A stretch of 37,698 nucleotides of DNA from a virus. Lineage: Duplodnaviria > Caudoviricetes. Shown here one piece after another: positions 1 through 8,396 of this stretch (within the stretch, counting starts at the first letter, position 1; each line of letters begins with the position of its first letter). The position numbers and the translations under genes were made by a program. The notes beneath the pieces are model-generated. The model had not been told where the DNA came from, searched no databases, and worked only from the letters and a program-made list of their open reading frames with translations. The stretch covers positions 1 to 37,698 of the IMG/VR virus record IMGVR_UViG_3300037722_000939. One strand, given 5' to 3'.

Positions 1-81
1 GAAGCCGAACTGGAAACGCGCGACGGCGATCGTTGCCTTGTGTCTGCTGACGACGCTCGCCGGCTGCAAGCTATCCGTTAG
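1..81 (+). CDS. 3' end of probable i-spanin (Rz-like), partial
   Basis: Frame 1 reads EAELETRDGDRCLVSADDARRLQAIR* and overlaps a lipoprotein ORF in another frame, the Rz/Rz1 arrangement; C-terminal Cys. Confidence 0.5.
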   Translation, partial: EAELETRDGDRCLVSADDARRLQAIR

Positions 82-310
82 AGGCGGCGTCACACCGATC
101 CTGCCGGCGCTACCGGCCGACCTGGCACAGCCATGCCCGGATCCCGGCGTGCGGGCGGGGAAGCCCGCCCTCGGCGAGCTGGCACGCAACCGCCAGGCGC
201 GCGGCGAGTGCAGCCGGAAACAGCAGGGGACGGTCGACTTCTACAATGACCTCCGGGGCCGCGTGGGCTCCGCCCCGCCCGCGCCTATCGATCTGAGGCC
301 TGGCCAATGA
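2..310 (+). CDS. o-spanin (Rz1-like) lipoprotein; start probably just upstream of the window
   Basis: Hydrophobic stretch plus lipobox LAGC, Pro-rich PALPADLAQPCPDP and a second Cys. Confidence 0.65.
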   Translation, partial: KPNWKRATAIVALCLLTTLAGCKLSVRGGVTPILPALPADLAQPCPDPGVRAGKPALGELARNRQARGECSRKQQGTVDFYNDLRGRVGSAPPAPIDLRPGQ

Positions 311-759
311 CGCTCGGCAAGGTTCATATCCGCTGGACGTGGGGCACGATCGTCGCGGCCGTGACGTTGGGGATGGCGACCCTTGCCGCGCTGGCGGACT
401 TCTCGAACAACTGGCAGACCGTTTCCGCGATCGTACCGTTCCCCATGAAGGCGGCGGTGGCGCAGGACATCAAGGAAGCGATCGCGCCACTCTCCGAGCG
501 GCAAACACGACTGGAAGACAATCAGCAGCTTCTCGAGGCTAGGGCAACCCGCAAGGATCTCACCGATCTGGATTTCCAGATCACCGTCCTTTCCGCCCAG
601 CAGGTCGACCTCGAGCTGAAGGTCGCGGTGGCGCGCGATCGCGATACGGAAACGCTGCTGTCGCGCATCAAGGACCAGATCGACAAGCTGAAGACCGCCC
701 GCAACCGTGCCGAATGCGAGGACGCCAACCGCTACCGCATCACGGCCTGGCCCTGCTGA
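307..759 (+). CDS. Hypothetical membrane protein with coiled coil (lysis region)
   Basis: ATGA overlap with the previous gene; N-terminal TM segment; heptad-rich C-terminus. Confidence 0.7.
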   Translation: MTLGKVHIRWTWGTIVAAVTLGMATLAALADFSNNWQTVSAIVPFPMKAAVAQDIKEAIAPLSERQTRLEDNQQLLEARATRKDLTDLDFQITVLSAQQVDLELKVAVARDRDTETLLSRIKDQIDKLKTARNRAECEDANRYRITAWPC

Positions 760-864
760 TCCGGCGGGCTGCCGCGAAGGCGCGTCAAGCATCCGGTTCA
801 TTTTAACCGAAGCGTTAACGCGATAATCGGCTTCGGCCCTCCCCAAACCAGTGGAGTGAAATCA

Positions 865-1233
865 ATGTCTGCACCAACCCGAATTCTCGGGGCGGCGGCG
901 CTTACGCTTGTCGTACTCGTTGCCGTCGCCGTCCATGCCGCCATCGGCGCGCCGCGCGTGTGCTTGGTGCCCGCGGTGTTTGCTGTTGAAGGCGCCGCCC
1001 GTGGCGGCGAGATCGTTGAGTGGACGGGGGAGGAAGCCGCCCGCGCGTTCCTCGTCCTGGCCGACGCCGGCTTCTCCTTCGCGGGCGACGAGGTGCTGAC
1101 GGTGGCCTTCCCGGACGGCAGCGCCATGATCGGCATCATCCGGCACGGCGCGCTTTGCCTGATCGTCCCTGCCGTACCGGAGCGGTGGGCGTTCCTTCGC
1201 CGCGCCGTGGAAGGCTCGAGGGTGGCGCTGTGA
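865..1233 (+). CDS. Hypothetical exported/membrane protein
   Basis: GGAG RBS, signal-peptide-like N-terminus. Confidence 0.55.
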   Translation: MSAPTRILGAAALTLVVLVAVAVHAAIGAPRVCLVPAVFAVEGAARGGEIVEWTGEEAARAFLVLADAGFSFAGDEVLTVAFPDGSAMIGIIRHGALCLIVPAVPERWAFLRRAVEGSRVAL

Positions 1234-1592
1234 CGCTCCGGCCGGACCCAAGGCCGGAGATCGTGATCGTGGGCTATCTGGTCGCCTGCATCGGTCTGCT
1301 AGCCATCCTGCTGGTGCTGGCCGTTGCCGAGGCGCGGTCCGAGGACCGTGCGACGTGGTTCCGATCGCTCAAGCAGCCCGGCACCGGCATGAGCTGCTGT
1401 GACATTTCCGATTGCCGTCGCACCGAGGCGGAGTTTCGCGACGGTCAATGGCATGCGATCGTCAACGGGGACTTGACGCCGATTCCGCCGGAGAAGGTGC
1501 TGCACGATAAACCCTCGATCGACGGTGACGCTTATGTGTGCCACGGCACCGCCACGATCTACTGCTTCGTCCCGCCGACGATGGCGATGTAG
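1230..1592 (+). CDS. Cys-rich exported hypothetical phage protein (SCCDISDC)
   Basis: GTGA overlap, TM segment, CC-x3-C and C-terminal Cys pair; ends before a terminator. Confidence 0.65.
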   Translation: MTLRPDPRPEIVIVGYLVACIGLLAILLVLAVAEARSEDRATWFRSLKQPGTGMSCCDISDCRRTEAEFRDGQWHAIVNGDLTPIPPEKVLHDKPSIDGDAYVCHGTATIYCFVPPTMAM

Positions 1593-1611
1593 CTAAGCAT
1601 TTCCTGTCAGT

Positions 1612-1635
1612 TTGCGAACTTGCGCAAGTTCGCAA
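1612..1635. repeat. Perfect 24-bp palindrome TTGCGAACTTGCGCAAGTTCGCAA
   Basis: Sequence equals its own reverse complement. Confidence 0.9.
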
Positions 1636-1638
1636 GTC

Positions 1639-1673
1639 GCCCGCTCTCGGCTCCGGCCGGGGGCGGGCTTTTT
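1639..1673 (+). terminator. Rho-independent terminator ending the late/lysis transcript
   Basis: GCCCGCTCTCGGC-TCCG-GCCGGGGGCGGGC stem followed by TTTTT. Confidence 0.8.
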
Positions 1674-1690
1674 GCGTTTCGGGGCACCGA

Positions 1691-1896
1691 TGTTCAACTT
1701 CCGGCCCGAGTGGAGGGTCTATCAGGCCTCTGATACTCTGACGGCTCGTTGATTCTGCTGGCGAACCATTCGGCCTGTCACGCCGGAGGTCGCGGGTTCG
1801 AGCCCCGTCGCTCCCGCCAATATCTCAACTACTTAGCCCCACCCTCCGAGGCCGTGTTCAACTTTCCGGGCCGGAGAAATTCAACTTTCGAGCCGG
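1691..1896 (+). repeat. Putative integrase arm-type sites (TTCAACTT at 1693, 1857, 1880)
   Basis: TGTTCAACTT(T)CCGG-like direct repeats on both sides of the att core. Confidence 0.6.
1771..1819 (+). mobile_element. attP: attP core: 3' half of tRNA-Asp(GTC) from anticodon stem to CCA
   Basis: CGGC-CTGTCAC-GCCGG...GGTTCGAGCCC...CCA matches the tRNA-Asp 3' half, 5' half absent; 9 bp from the integrase stop. Confidence 0.9.
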
Positions 1897-3010
1897 ATTT
1901 GTTCGCGAGAATCCGTCGACGCCCGCGCAGCCGGGCCTCGTCGGCAAGGTCGACGGCAGCACGATCGACCGGCAGGTAAGTGCGTTGCAGCTCCTTCGAG
2001 TCTGCGATGGTGTTCGCCATCTTGGCCGAGAGCGCAGAATCGCTCACGCCGCCCGCCACCGCTTCCACCGCGCCGCTGCGGCGGAGGTCCATCAGCTTGC
2101 GCGTGTCGCCGGGGAAGGTGACGGTGCGCAGGTCGCGGAAATCCTCTGACAGAGAATTCTTCGTGAAGGCGCGGCCGCGCATCGTGCGGAAGATGGGTGC
2201 CGAGGGAAGCTGATCGTCGGGCAGGGTTGCGACATAGGCGAGCAGGAGCCGTTCGGTGCGCCGTGAGAGCGTGCCCACGGCGGCCCGGCCGGTTTTCGCG
2301 CGGGCGAGGTCGAACCAGATGCCTCGGCGATCGCGGCGACTGTCGGCGAAGGTGAGGGATCGCACGTCGACGGGCGAAAGCCCGGTGTCGTAGGCCACGG
2401 CAATCACGCAGGCGAGGGACAGGTGCGCGGCGCGGATGGCTCCTTTGACGAGGCGGACGACTTCGCCCTCGTCCCATCGCTGCCAGCGGCCTTGCGGTGT
2501 CTCCCGCCGTATCCCGAAGGTCGGGTCATGATCCGGCTCGCAATAGTGCATCGCACCGGCGACCTGCCACAGTGCCCGCCATATCTTCACGGCTCGATGG
2601 GCTTCGCGCACGCCGGCTGCATCCTTCAACGCGGCATACCAGCCGTCCACGTCCTCGAGGGTGACGGTATGGGGCGCAACGTCGGCGAAGATCGGGGCGA
2701 TGTGCTTCCAGCCCCGCTCCCAATCCTCGCGCGTGCGCGGCTTCTTCGCTTTCCAGATCTCGGTGCGGCGGAATCGCTCGAACGCCTCGCCGAGGCTACC
2801 GCGCGGCCAGACGTGCTTGGGAGGCGGCTCGGTGCCCCTGCGGGCCCTTTGCCATCGCTCGTTCCAATCCTGCGCGCTGCGCCATGCGTCGGGCCCGTCA
2901 GGGCCGCAGGCGACGGCTTGGAAGCCCATCGCCTTCATCGCGGGGGTCGGGAGCCAGTAACCGCGCCCGGTGTGCCTAACAACGTAGTACGGGATTTTCA
3001 CGTTTCCCAC
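1829..3010 (-). CDS. int: Tyrosine recombinase (phage integrase), atypical active site
   Basis: Adjacent to attP; box I-like YDTGLSPVDV, KTG, box II-like MDLRRS, C-terminal Tyr (RTYL); GTG start with GGAGAG RBS. Confidence 0.88.
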   Translation of the reverse strand: MGNVKIPYYVVRHTGRGYWLPTPAMKAMGFQAVACGPDGPDAWRSAQDWNERWQRARRGTEPPPKHVWPRGSLGEAFERFRRTEIWKAKKPRTREDWERGWKHIAPIFADVAPHTVTLEDVDGWYAALKDAAGVREAHRAVKIWRALWQVAGAMHYCEPDHDPTFGIRRETPQGRWQRWDEGEVVRLVKGAIRAAHLSLACVIAVAYDTGLSPVDVRSLTFADSRRDRRGIWFDLARAKTGRAAVGTLSRRTERLLLAYVATLPDDQLPSAPIFRTMRGRAFTKNSLSEDFRDLRTVTFPGDTRKLMDLRRSGAVEAVAGGVSDSALSAKMANTIADSKELQRTYLPVDRAAVDLADEARLRGRRRILANKSGSKVEFLRPGKLNTASEGGAK

Positions 3011-3302
3011 GCGGCATGCTCTCCACGCGCCCCCGCACAACGCTTCGAGCGTCTAGTGCGGTTGGCGCCGGGGTCAAGCCGCCCTGCGTTTCGGACGGAA
3101 ATAGGTGTGGATGGCGCTTTCGGCGCCAGGCATTGATGGCGTCGAGGTCGAAGAGCCCGGTGTCGAGATCTGGAACGGGGAAACCGCGGGATTGCAGGCG
3201 TGGCAGCTTTTCGCGGAAAGCCGCGATCGACAGGCCCATGATCCGGGCCGCATCGGCCTCAGAGCCGTCGCCCAAGGGGAGAGCTTGGCGCTGTCGGCTC
3301 AT
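2976..3302 (-). CDS. xis: Excisionase/AlpA-like wHTH protein
   Basis: Small basic protein upstream of int; AARIMGLS...GFPVPD...FDLDAINAW pattern. Confidence 0.7.
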   Translation of the reverse strand: MSRQRQALPLGDGSEADAARIMGLSIAAFREKLPRLQSRGFPVPDLDTGLFDLDAINAWRRKRHPHLFPSETQGGLTPAPTALDARSVVRGRVESMPRGKRENPVLRC

Positions 3303-3577
3303 CGCGGGGGCTCGCGCATCTGCGCTTCCAGATCCGCGCGCAACGCTGGATGCACATAGACGACGCCGGCACGCCGATAGAGCCACATGGTAGGTTTCAT
3401 CCGGAATTCGCCTCCGAACCGCTTCACCAGCTTCTTGTGGATGCGCTTCGAGCGGTTCTTTGACGCCGGGAATAGCCGCTCCTCGGTCTGCTCCAGGGCG
3501 GCGGGTGTGAAGACAATCTGGAGCCCGCAATAGGTTCCGGGTGCGCGCGCGAAGAGAATGTTGGTGCCGGTCAGCAT
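3299..3577 (-). CDS. Hypothetical phage protein
   Basis: RBS, coupled overlaps; basic RSKRIHKKLVKRFG. Confidence 0.65.
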   Translation of the reverse strand: MLTGTNILFARAPGTYCGLQIVFTPAALEQTEERLFPASKNRSKRIHKKLVKRFGGEFRMKPTMWLYRRAGVVYVHPALRADLEAQMREPPR

Positions 3578-3780
3578 CCCCCCTCCCTTGTAGAGGCAAG
3601 GGCGCGACGACCGGCGTCTCGGATTCGCCATGCCTCAACTGACCCGAAATATGCCACCAGCCCTTTACGACGGAGCGCGCAGAGCGTGTTTACTTCGCTG
3701 CGGTCGGCGGCGATGTAGAGGCCCCACAACTGAAGGCGCTTGAGCATGTCCTCTTGCCGCCCGTTCAGCTTCCCGCTCAT
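3571..3780 (-). CDS. Hypothetical small protein (possible wHTH)
   Basis: Fits the operon; LRRKGLV...WRI..AGRRAL pattern. Confidence 0.55.
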   Translation of the reverse strand: MSGKLNGRQEDMLKRLQLWGLYIAADRSEVNTLCALRRKGLVAYFGSVEAWRIRDAGRRALASTREGGC

Positions 3781-3810
3781 GTCAGGCGTCCTTGGAGATG
3801 AGGGGAGTCG

Positions 3811-4185
3811 TCATGGCCAATCCTTTGCAGCGTGTTCAGGGTCGGCAAGCGTTAGGCCGACCGCCGCTTCAATTGGGGTTTCGACAACGAGTTCACGGAC
3901 GCCGGACCATCTGTTGTCGCGGCCTTCGATAGCGAGTTCGATGTTCTCGACGCGCCGCAAATTCGTCATCGTCACGCGGTCAACTGAGTCGATCGGACCG
4001 GACACGAAAGCGCCTTCGCACCTGATGCCTTCGATGTAGAGCCGGGCGCAGATGCAGCTTGGGCAGAGCAGCCCGCCGTCATCGCCGGTCGGTGAGATGC
4101 GCTTCCACGCCCAGAACGGAATTATCAGGTCCGGGAAGCCGTGCTCGTCACCGTAGGGCCTCTCACAGCCGTCACATTTGGCCAT
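3811..4185 (-). CDS. Zn-finger hypothetical protein
   Basis: CxxC...LCPSC; GAAGGAGG RBS. Confidence 0.7.
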   Translation of the reverse strand: MAKCDGCERPYGDEHGFPDLIIPFWAWKRISPTGDDGGLLCPSCICARLYIEGIRCEGAFVSGPIDSVDRVTMTNLRRVENIELAIEGRDNRWSGVRELVVETPIEAAVGLTLADPEHAAKDWP

Positions 4186-4187
4186 TG

Positions 4188-4493
4188 TCAGCCCTCCTTC
4201 CCCGTGCGGGTGAGGGCGGCGACCTGACCCTCGGGAGTTAGATACCAATCAGAGTTGCTGTTGAAGCGCTGAATGTGTCCGCGATTCATGAGTGTTTCGA
4301 TGAAGCCTAGGACATCATCGGGATCACAGCCGTCCCAGAGCGCGGCGCTGTCCTTCGGTTGAAAGAACGTCTCGCCATTTTCTTTCTTACCGAGCGGGCA
4401 GGTCTGCGAAGAAAACTCGGTGCGCTTCCCGAGCATGGCGAGCGATGAATACCCGCACGACATTTCCCATTTGCAATTGACGCAGGAGTTCAT
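4188..4493 (-). CDS. Hypothetical Cys-containing protein
   Basis: Abuts neighbours in the leftward operon; lower GC. Confidence 0.6.
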   Translation of the reverse strand: MNSCVNCKWEMSCGYSSLAMLGKRTEFSSQTCPLGKKENGETFFQPKDSAALWDGCDPDDVLGFIETLMNRGHIQRFNSNSDWYLTPEGQVAALTRTGKEG

Positions 4494-5012
4494 CTACGCC
4501 CCCTCTCCCGGTGCGGGGAGGCGCTTGAGGGCGGCAATTTCTTCGATCCCCTCTTCGCCTTGCTCCAACGCCTCAAGCATGGCGTCGTCGAGTATGCGAT
4601 GGATCGGGGTGGTGCCGTCTTCCTCTTCGTCGTTTAGATGGCGCGCCACACCTTTTGCGAACGTCGCTGCATCCGTAACTCGGTAGAGAGGATCGGCCTC
4701 TTCGTCTCGTGGCGCTACGGGTGAGGCGTCGAACGCGATAGGCAACACAGAGATCGGCACGCGGATCACGATACAGTCGCCTTCGATCACAGCCCTTGCG
4801 GGCCAACCCCCCTGCGCGCTGGCGGAGAGGGACTGGAGGGCGTCCGGTAAGCGAGCGAGGAACCATTGCCGCATGGCTTCCTTGCCGTCGTTGTATTGCT
4901 TCGGAGCGCCGACGACTTCCATGATGGCGTCCTGGCTGGCGCTTGCGAGCGCGGCCACCAGTTCCCCAACATCATCGGGGACGGGGGCGGGGGGTTCGTC
5001 ACGCGAAGGCAT
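4494..5012 (-). CDS. Hypothetical phage protein
   Basis: GGAGG RBS; acidic C-terminal domain (LNDEEEDGTTPIHRILD). Confidence 0.65.
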   Translation of the reverse strand: MPSRDEPPAPVPDDVGELVAALASASQDAIMEVVGAPKQYNDGKEAMRQWFLARLPDALQSLSASAQGGWPARAVIEGDCIVIRVPISVLPIAFDASPVAPRDEEADPLYRVTDAATFAKGVARHLNDEEEDGTTPIHRILDDAMLEALEQGEEGIEEIAALKRLPAPGEGA

Positions 5013-5211
5013 ATTCGCCTCCGAGATTGTCGCGCATTGTGAGCGGCTTTCGGCCAGTGACGTGACTGGTGCCATCGGCAAGCCGCTCGCGGATTTCGCC
5101 GTTCGGCATAATCTCAATCTCAACGTCATCATCGGAATTGAGCAGCGCTTCGAGTTCGTCTATCGTCGGGCGAATAGTTCGTGTGCGTGGCAATGAAAGA
5201 AACCAAGTCAC
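4999..5211 (-). CDS. Hypothetical small protein
   Basis: GTGA overlap with the upstream gene. Confidence 0.6.
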   Translation of the reverse strand: MTWFLSLPRTRTIRPTIDELEALLNSDDDVEIEIMPNGEIRERLADGTSHVTGRKPLTMRDNLGGEYAFA

Positions 5212-6425
5212 TTTGTGTCCTCCGTGGGGGTGAGGTGCTCGCCGGCATAGAGCGCGGCGAGTTCGGCCGGGTCTATTGTGCCGTCAGCGGCAACGCGCAG
5301 GCCGACGGCTTCTGCTGAGAGGAGCGCAAAGTCGCGCCCCCTCGTTGTGGACCAGTCCAGCGTGTAGCGCCCGTTCCTTCGTCCATCGTAGTGCTTCGCG
5401 GCAAATAGGATTTTGATATGTGCGGCCCTGAATCTGTCCCGTTCAGCCGTTAGCCTGGCGACCCGCTGGCGTAGCATCCGCGCTGGCTCGATCAGGTCAC
5501 ACGCGGACGGTGACTTGGCTGCGCCTTCTTCGCCGTGCATTGCAATGTCGATGAGGCGCACGTTCTCGCGCATCGACTCGTAGGCTTCGCGGAAATTGTT
5601 TGCTGCGTTCTGCTCGCCGCGCGGTGCGTTCCACAAATTGCCTTCGCTGCTGAAAGCGCCCAGTGTGGTCACGTTGCCTTCACGCGCAGAGCGGAGATGT
5701 TCAAGCGAGTCGAACGCGGGGCCGGTTACGAGTTCATTTCCGTAGCGATGAATTGGCCACCAGCGGGCAGGCCGGGATGCGCGGTCGCGGGTGAGGGCGG
5801 CGGCGATGCGATCAAGCTCAACTCCGGTGCCGCGCAGATTTATTGTCGGCAATTCGAGTGCGGCAAAGATTTTTAACCGAAGGGCCTGAACCTCTGGATT
5901 TTCGGTGCTGAGTTCGGAGACCTCCTTGCGGCATAATTCAACTGCGGCACGCACCGCTTGGCTTGCGCGGTCATTGTCTTTCGCGATGAAACGAAGCCGC
6001 TCCGCAATCTCCCGCGCGTCCTGCGGCGCAGGGGTGGCGGGCCGCTGAGTACAAGAGCGCAATTCTGTCTGAATGAGTGTCGTAGCGCGGTCACGATGCG
6101 TAATGACGCCGTTCTCGGCCAGCATATTCGCGACACGGCGCGCGATGTAAGCACAGTACCAATTTGACAAGATGTTGCCGGTTTCACGGATCGCCCCGCC
6201 CGTTTCCGGCACTGCCGGGGAGGACTCAAAGGATGCCGTCGCTGGCATCGCCTCCCGCAGCCGCGTGGCGAGGATCCGCGGCGCGGCGGAGTAGGTGGCA
6301 ATTTCGTTGAATTTCTCGTCCGTGACCGGATGGTCGATCACGCACGCCTCGGCGCGGTTGCCGGCTTCCTCGTCGAGGAAGGCGAGTAGATCCTCGACGA
6401 GGGTAGGGTCATACGCGTTGGTCAT
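5208..6425 (-). CDS. Hypothetical mosaic early protein (about 405 aa)
   Basis: GGAGG RBS, ATGA overlap, long ORF. Confidence 0.65.
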   Translation of the reverse strand: MTNAYDPTLVEDLLAFLDEEAGNRAEACVIDHPVTDEKFNEIATYSAAPRILATRLREAMPATASFESSPAVPETGGAIRETGNILSNWYCAYIARRVANMLAENGVITHRDRATTLIQTELRSCTQRPATPAPQDAREIAERLRFIAKDNDRASQAVRAAVELCRKEVSELSTENPEVQALRLKIFAALELPTINLRGTGVELDRIAAALTRDRASRPARWWPIHRYGNELVTGPAFDSLEHLRSAREGNVTTLGAFSSEGNLWNAPRGEQNAANNFREAYESMRENVRLIDIAMHGEEGAAKSPSACDLIEPARMLRQRVARLTAERDRFRAAHIKILFAAKHYDGRRNGRYTLDWSTTRGRDFALLSAEAVGLRVAADGTIDPAELAALYAGEHLTPTEDTK

Positions 6426-6907
6426 CCGGACCTCCGTGTTTCGAAGCCCCGGCCCTGCATCTTCCGGCTCGCCCACCGTGACGGCTTCCGGCGCTCTCCG
6501 GGCGTCTTGGCGAGGACACGCTGCTGAAAGGCGGCATGCTCGTCCCGTAGCCGCGGCAATTTGTGGATGATGTGCTGGTCGGAGCCGGCGGTCGTGATGC
6601 GCTTCTCGCCGCCACGTCCGTTGGTGATTTCGTCGTGCTTCGCGCTGGACCGCGCGAAGATGAAATGGGGGTCGAGCTCGTCGGGCGTGTAGGTGTCGTC
6701 CTCGTTGCGATCGCGCAGCGCCAGGGCAGGCTCGTGGCTCCACTCCACATCGTCCGGGTCGAGCCCGGCCATGCGCAGCAGCAATTTCAGGAGGGTAGGG
6801 CGCACCACCAGCTTCGTGGCGGCAACGGACGGATCGAGGCCAAGCTGTAGCAGCACGGCCTCGATCTTCACCCCGCGCGAGATATGCTTGCGGCGGGGCG
6901 CCGTCAT
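6422..6907 (-). CDS. Degenerate HNH-like protein
   Basis: VEWSHEPALALR...DPHFIF...KHDEIT resembles an HNH core lacking Cys; basic tail. Confidence 0.5.
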   Translation of the reverse strand: MTAPRRKHISRGVKIEAVLLQLGLDPSVAATKLVVRPTLLKLLLRMAGLDPDDVEWSHEPALALRDRNEDDTYTPDELDPHFIFARSSAKHDEITNGRGGEKRITTAGSDQHIIHKLPRLRDEHAAFQQRVLAKTPGERRKPSRWASRKMQGRGFETRRSG

Positions 6908-7320
6908 CAGCCGTACACCAGGTCTTTGAGGGCGATGCACTGCAAGAAGACGTCGTGCGTGATCTCGTCGTCGTTCTCGGCGAGCATGTTGGCGAAGTGC
7001 CAGGGATACTTTTCCGCCATCAGGCGCAATCCGGCGCGCAGTCCGCCGCTGTTGACGCGGTGAACCTTGTCTTTCTCCCTCGCCGTCTCGTCGAACTCGA
7101 TGACGTCGATTAGGAGCCCGGCCTCGTAGGCTTTGGGGTCGGCGTACCAGTGTCGGCCGAAGTCACCGGCCTCCACGCGCTTGGCGAAGGTGCTGCGCTC
7201 TGTGGGCGCTACGCCTTTGCACCAGGCGCGAGTCATGCGGCTGGTTTCGATGGCCCCGAGCATCATGTAGGCGATGCGTTCCGCGGGAACCTTGATGGTT
7301 ATGTTCAGGGGAGCCTCCAT
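6907..7320 (-). CDS. Hypothetical protein, first gene of the leftward operon
   Basis: 137-aa ORF directly downstream of the operator region; TGATG coupling. Confidence 0.7.
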   Translation of the reverse strand: MEAPLNITIKVPAERIAYMMLGAIETSRMTRAWCKGVAPTERSTFAKRVEAGDFGRHWYADPKAYEAGLLIDVIEFDETAREKDKVHRVNSGGLRAGLRLMAEKYPWHFANMLAENDDEITHDVFLQCIALKDLVYG

Positions 7321-7343
7321 CGGCTGATTGGAGGCGAAGATAC

Positions 7344-7408
7344 TAAAGAAAATCTTTAATCACAAGACTGTTGGTAAAGAAAAGTTGTATCACTAAGGGT
7401 TTCGTGTA
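7344..7408. promoter_or_regulatory. OL/PL region: operators TAAAGAAAATCTTTA (7344), TAAAGAAAAGTTGTA (7375), degenerate copy (7394)
   Basis: 15-bp inverted-repeat motif recurring in an AT-rich intergenic region and again at 8026. Confidence 0.75.
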
Positions 7409-7481
7409 AAAGGGGGAACTTCTCGTTTACGTTGTGAACCTCGAAGAAGCGGGGCATCACAACCAGAAAGGCAGACGGGCC

Positions 7482-7718
7482 ATGCCGGAGGAATCATGGC
7501 ACAGACGATGGGCGGCGGACATCATTTCGCAGCTTCCGCCCAAGGCAGACGACGCGCTCCTTGTTCTGGACGCGGCGAAGCGACTTATTGCGGATTTTAT
7601 TGGCGATCAGCCAGTTTTGGATTTTGGAGACGCCCGGGCGATTGATCCGAAGGTCGTCTCGATCTCGGATACTGCCAAACGCAAACGGTCTGCGAGGGCC
7701 GACGAAACACCACGGTAG
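7482..7718 (+). CDS. Small hypothetical protein overlapping the repressor 3' end convergently
   Basis: 78-aa ORF with helical WHRRWAADIISQLP...DALLVL segment. Confidence 0.5.
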   Translation: MPEESWHRRWAADIISQLPPKADDALLVLDAAKRLIADFIGDQPVLDFGDARAIDPKVVSISDTAKRKRSARADETPR

Positions 7719-7939
7719 TCGCCGAGGATCAGCCAATCCAGGGTGATGTCGGGGAGCCTGCGCTTGATGGCGCGGGCGACCGGTAAGCTGATCGTCTCTC
7801 CGTTCAGCGCGTGATTCCAGTGCTGCGGCGAAATCCCGACCCACCGCGCGAACGCGGCAGACTCCTTGTCCGCGGCACGCTCGAGCGCGCGCATGCGTAT
7901 CTGATGCTCGGTGAGCTTGGCCAGTGGCTTGTCCCTCAT
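7607..7939 (-). CDS. CI-like XRE HTH repressor without a peptidase domain
   Basis: AAFARWVGISPQHWNHALNG HTH and ITLDWLILG; divergent from the cro-like gene. Confidence 0.8.
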   Translation of the reverse strand: MRDKPLAKLTEHQIRMRALERAADKESAAFARWVGISPQHWNHALNGETISLPVARAIKRRLPDITLDWLILGDYRGVSSALADRLRLAVSEIETTFGSIARASPKSKTG

Positions 7940-8025
7940 CCGCCCCTCGTCCAATGGCGGAATTGCACGGGAAAATGGCTCAATTCGGCACAAATTGCTA
8001 TGCACGGGATATTTATGCTTGTGAA

Positions 8026-8040
8026 TAAAGAAAATCTGTA
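8026..8040. promoter_or_regulatory. OR operator TAAAGAAAATCTGTA upstream of cro
   Basis: 14/15 identical to the 7344 site. Confidence 0.75.
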
Positions 8041-8055
8041 TTAAGAGCCGGGGAC

Positions 8056-8298
8056 ATGACCAAGACGGTTCTGACGTCCACAGGTGAGGTGATCGACGCG
8101 CTCGGCGGGAATGTTGCGTTGGCAGACATGCTCACGCTCAAGAACCACCAAGCCGTTTCGAACTGGCGCCGCTATGTGAACTTCCCGCCTCGCACCTATG
8201 TCGCGATGCAGGAAGGGCTCGCCGAAGTCGGCAAGACAGCGCCTGCCTCTCTCTGGGGGATGATCGAGCGCCGGTCTCGGTCGCGGAAGGCGGCGTAG
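8056..8298 (+). CDS. Cro-like HTH regulator
   Basis: VIDALGG...LADML...QAVSNWRR...FPP pattern; divergent from the repressor. Confidence 0.8.
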   Translation: MTKTVLTSTGEVIDALGGNVALADMLTLKNHQAVSNWRRYVNFPPRTYVAMQEGLAEVGKTAPASLWGMIERRSRSRKAA

Positions 8299-8396
8299 CA
8301 GGCGGCTGCGCTGCTCTCCTTGAGGACGGGAGAGGCCCCCGGTGACGAAGACACTGGCACTTGCCAGCGCGAAGAGCGTTCGGCCTCAAGAATTGA

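Noticed and set aside
803-819. CtrA box (TTAA-N-TTAAC)
   Set aside because: Spacer is 8 nt, not the canonical 7; at most a half site
1749-1979. Full tRNA-Asp gene, or the 76-aa ORF over it
   Set aside because: The 5' half of the tRNA is absent, so it is an att core; the ORF is a translation shadow of tRNA sequence
8354-8367. Sigma-54 promoter (TGGCAC...TTGC)
   Set aside because: Spacing between the -24 and -12 elements is wrong; just a short palindrome
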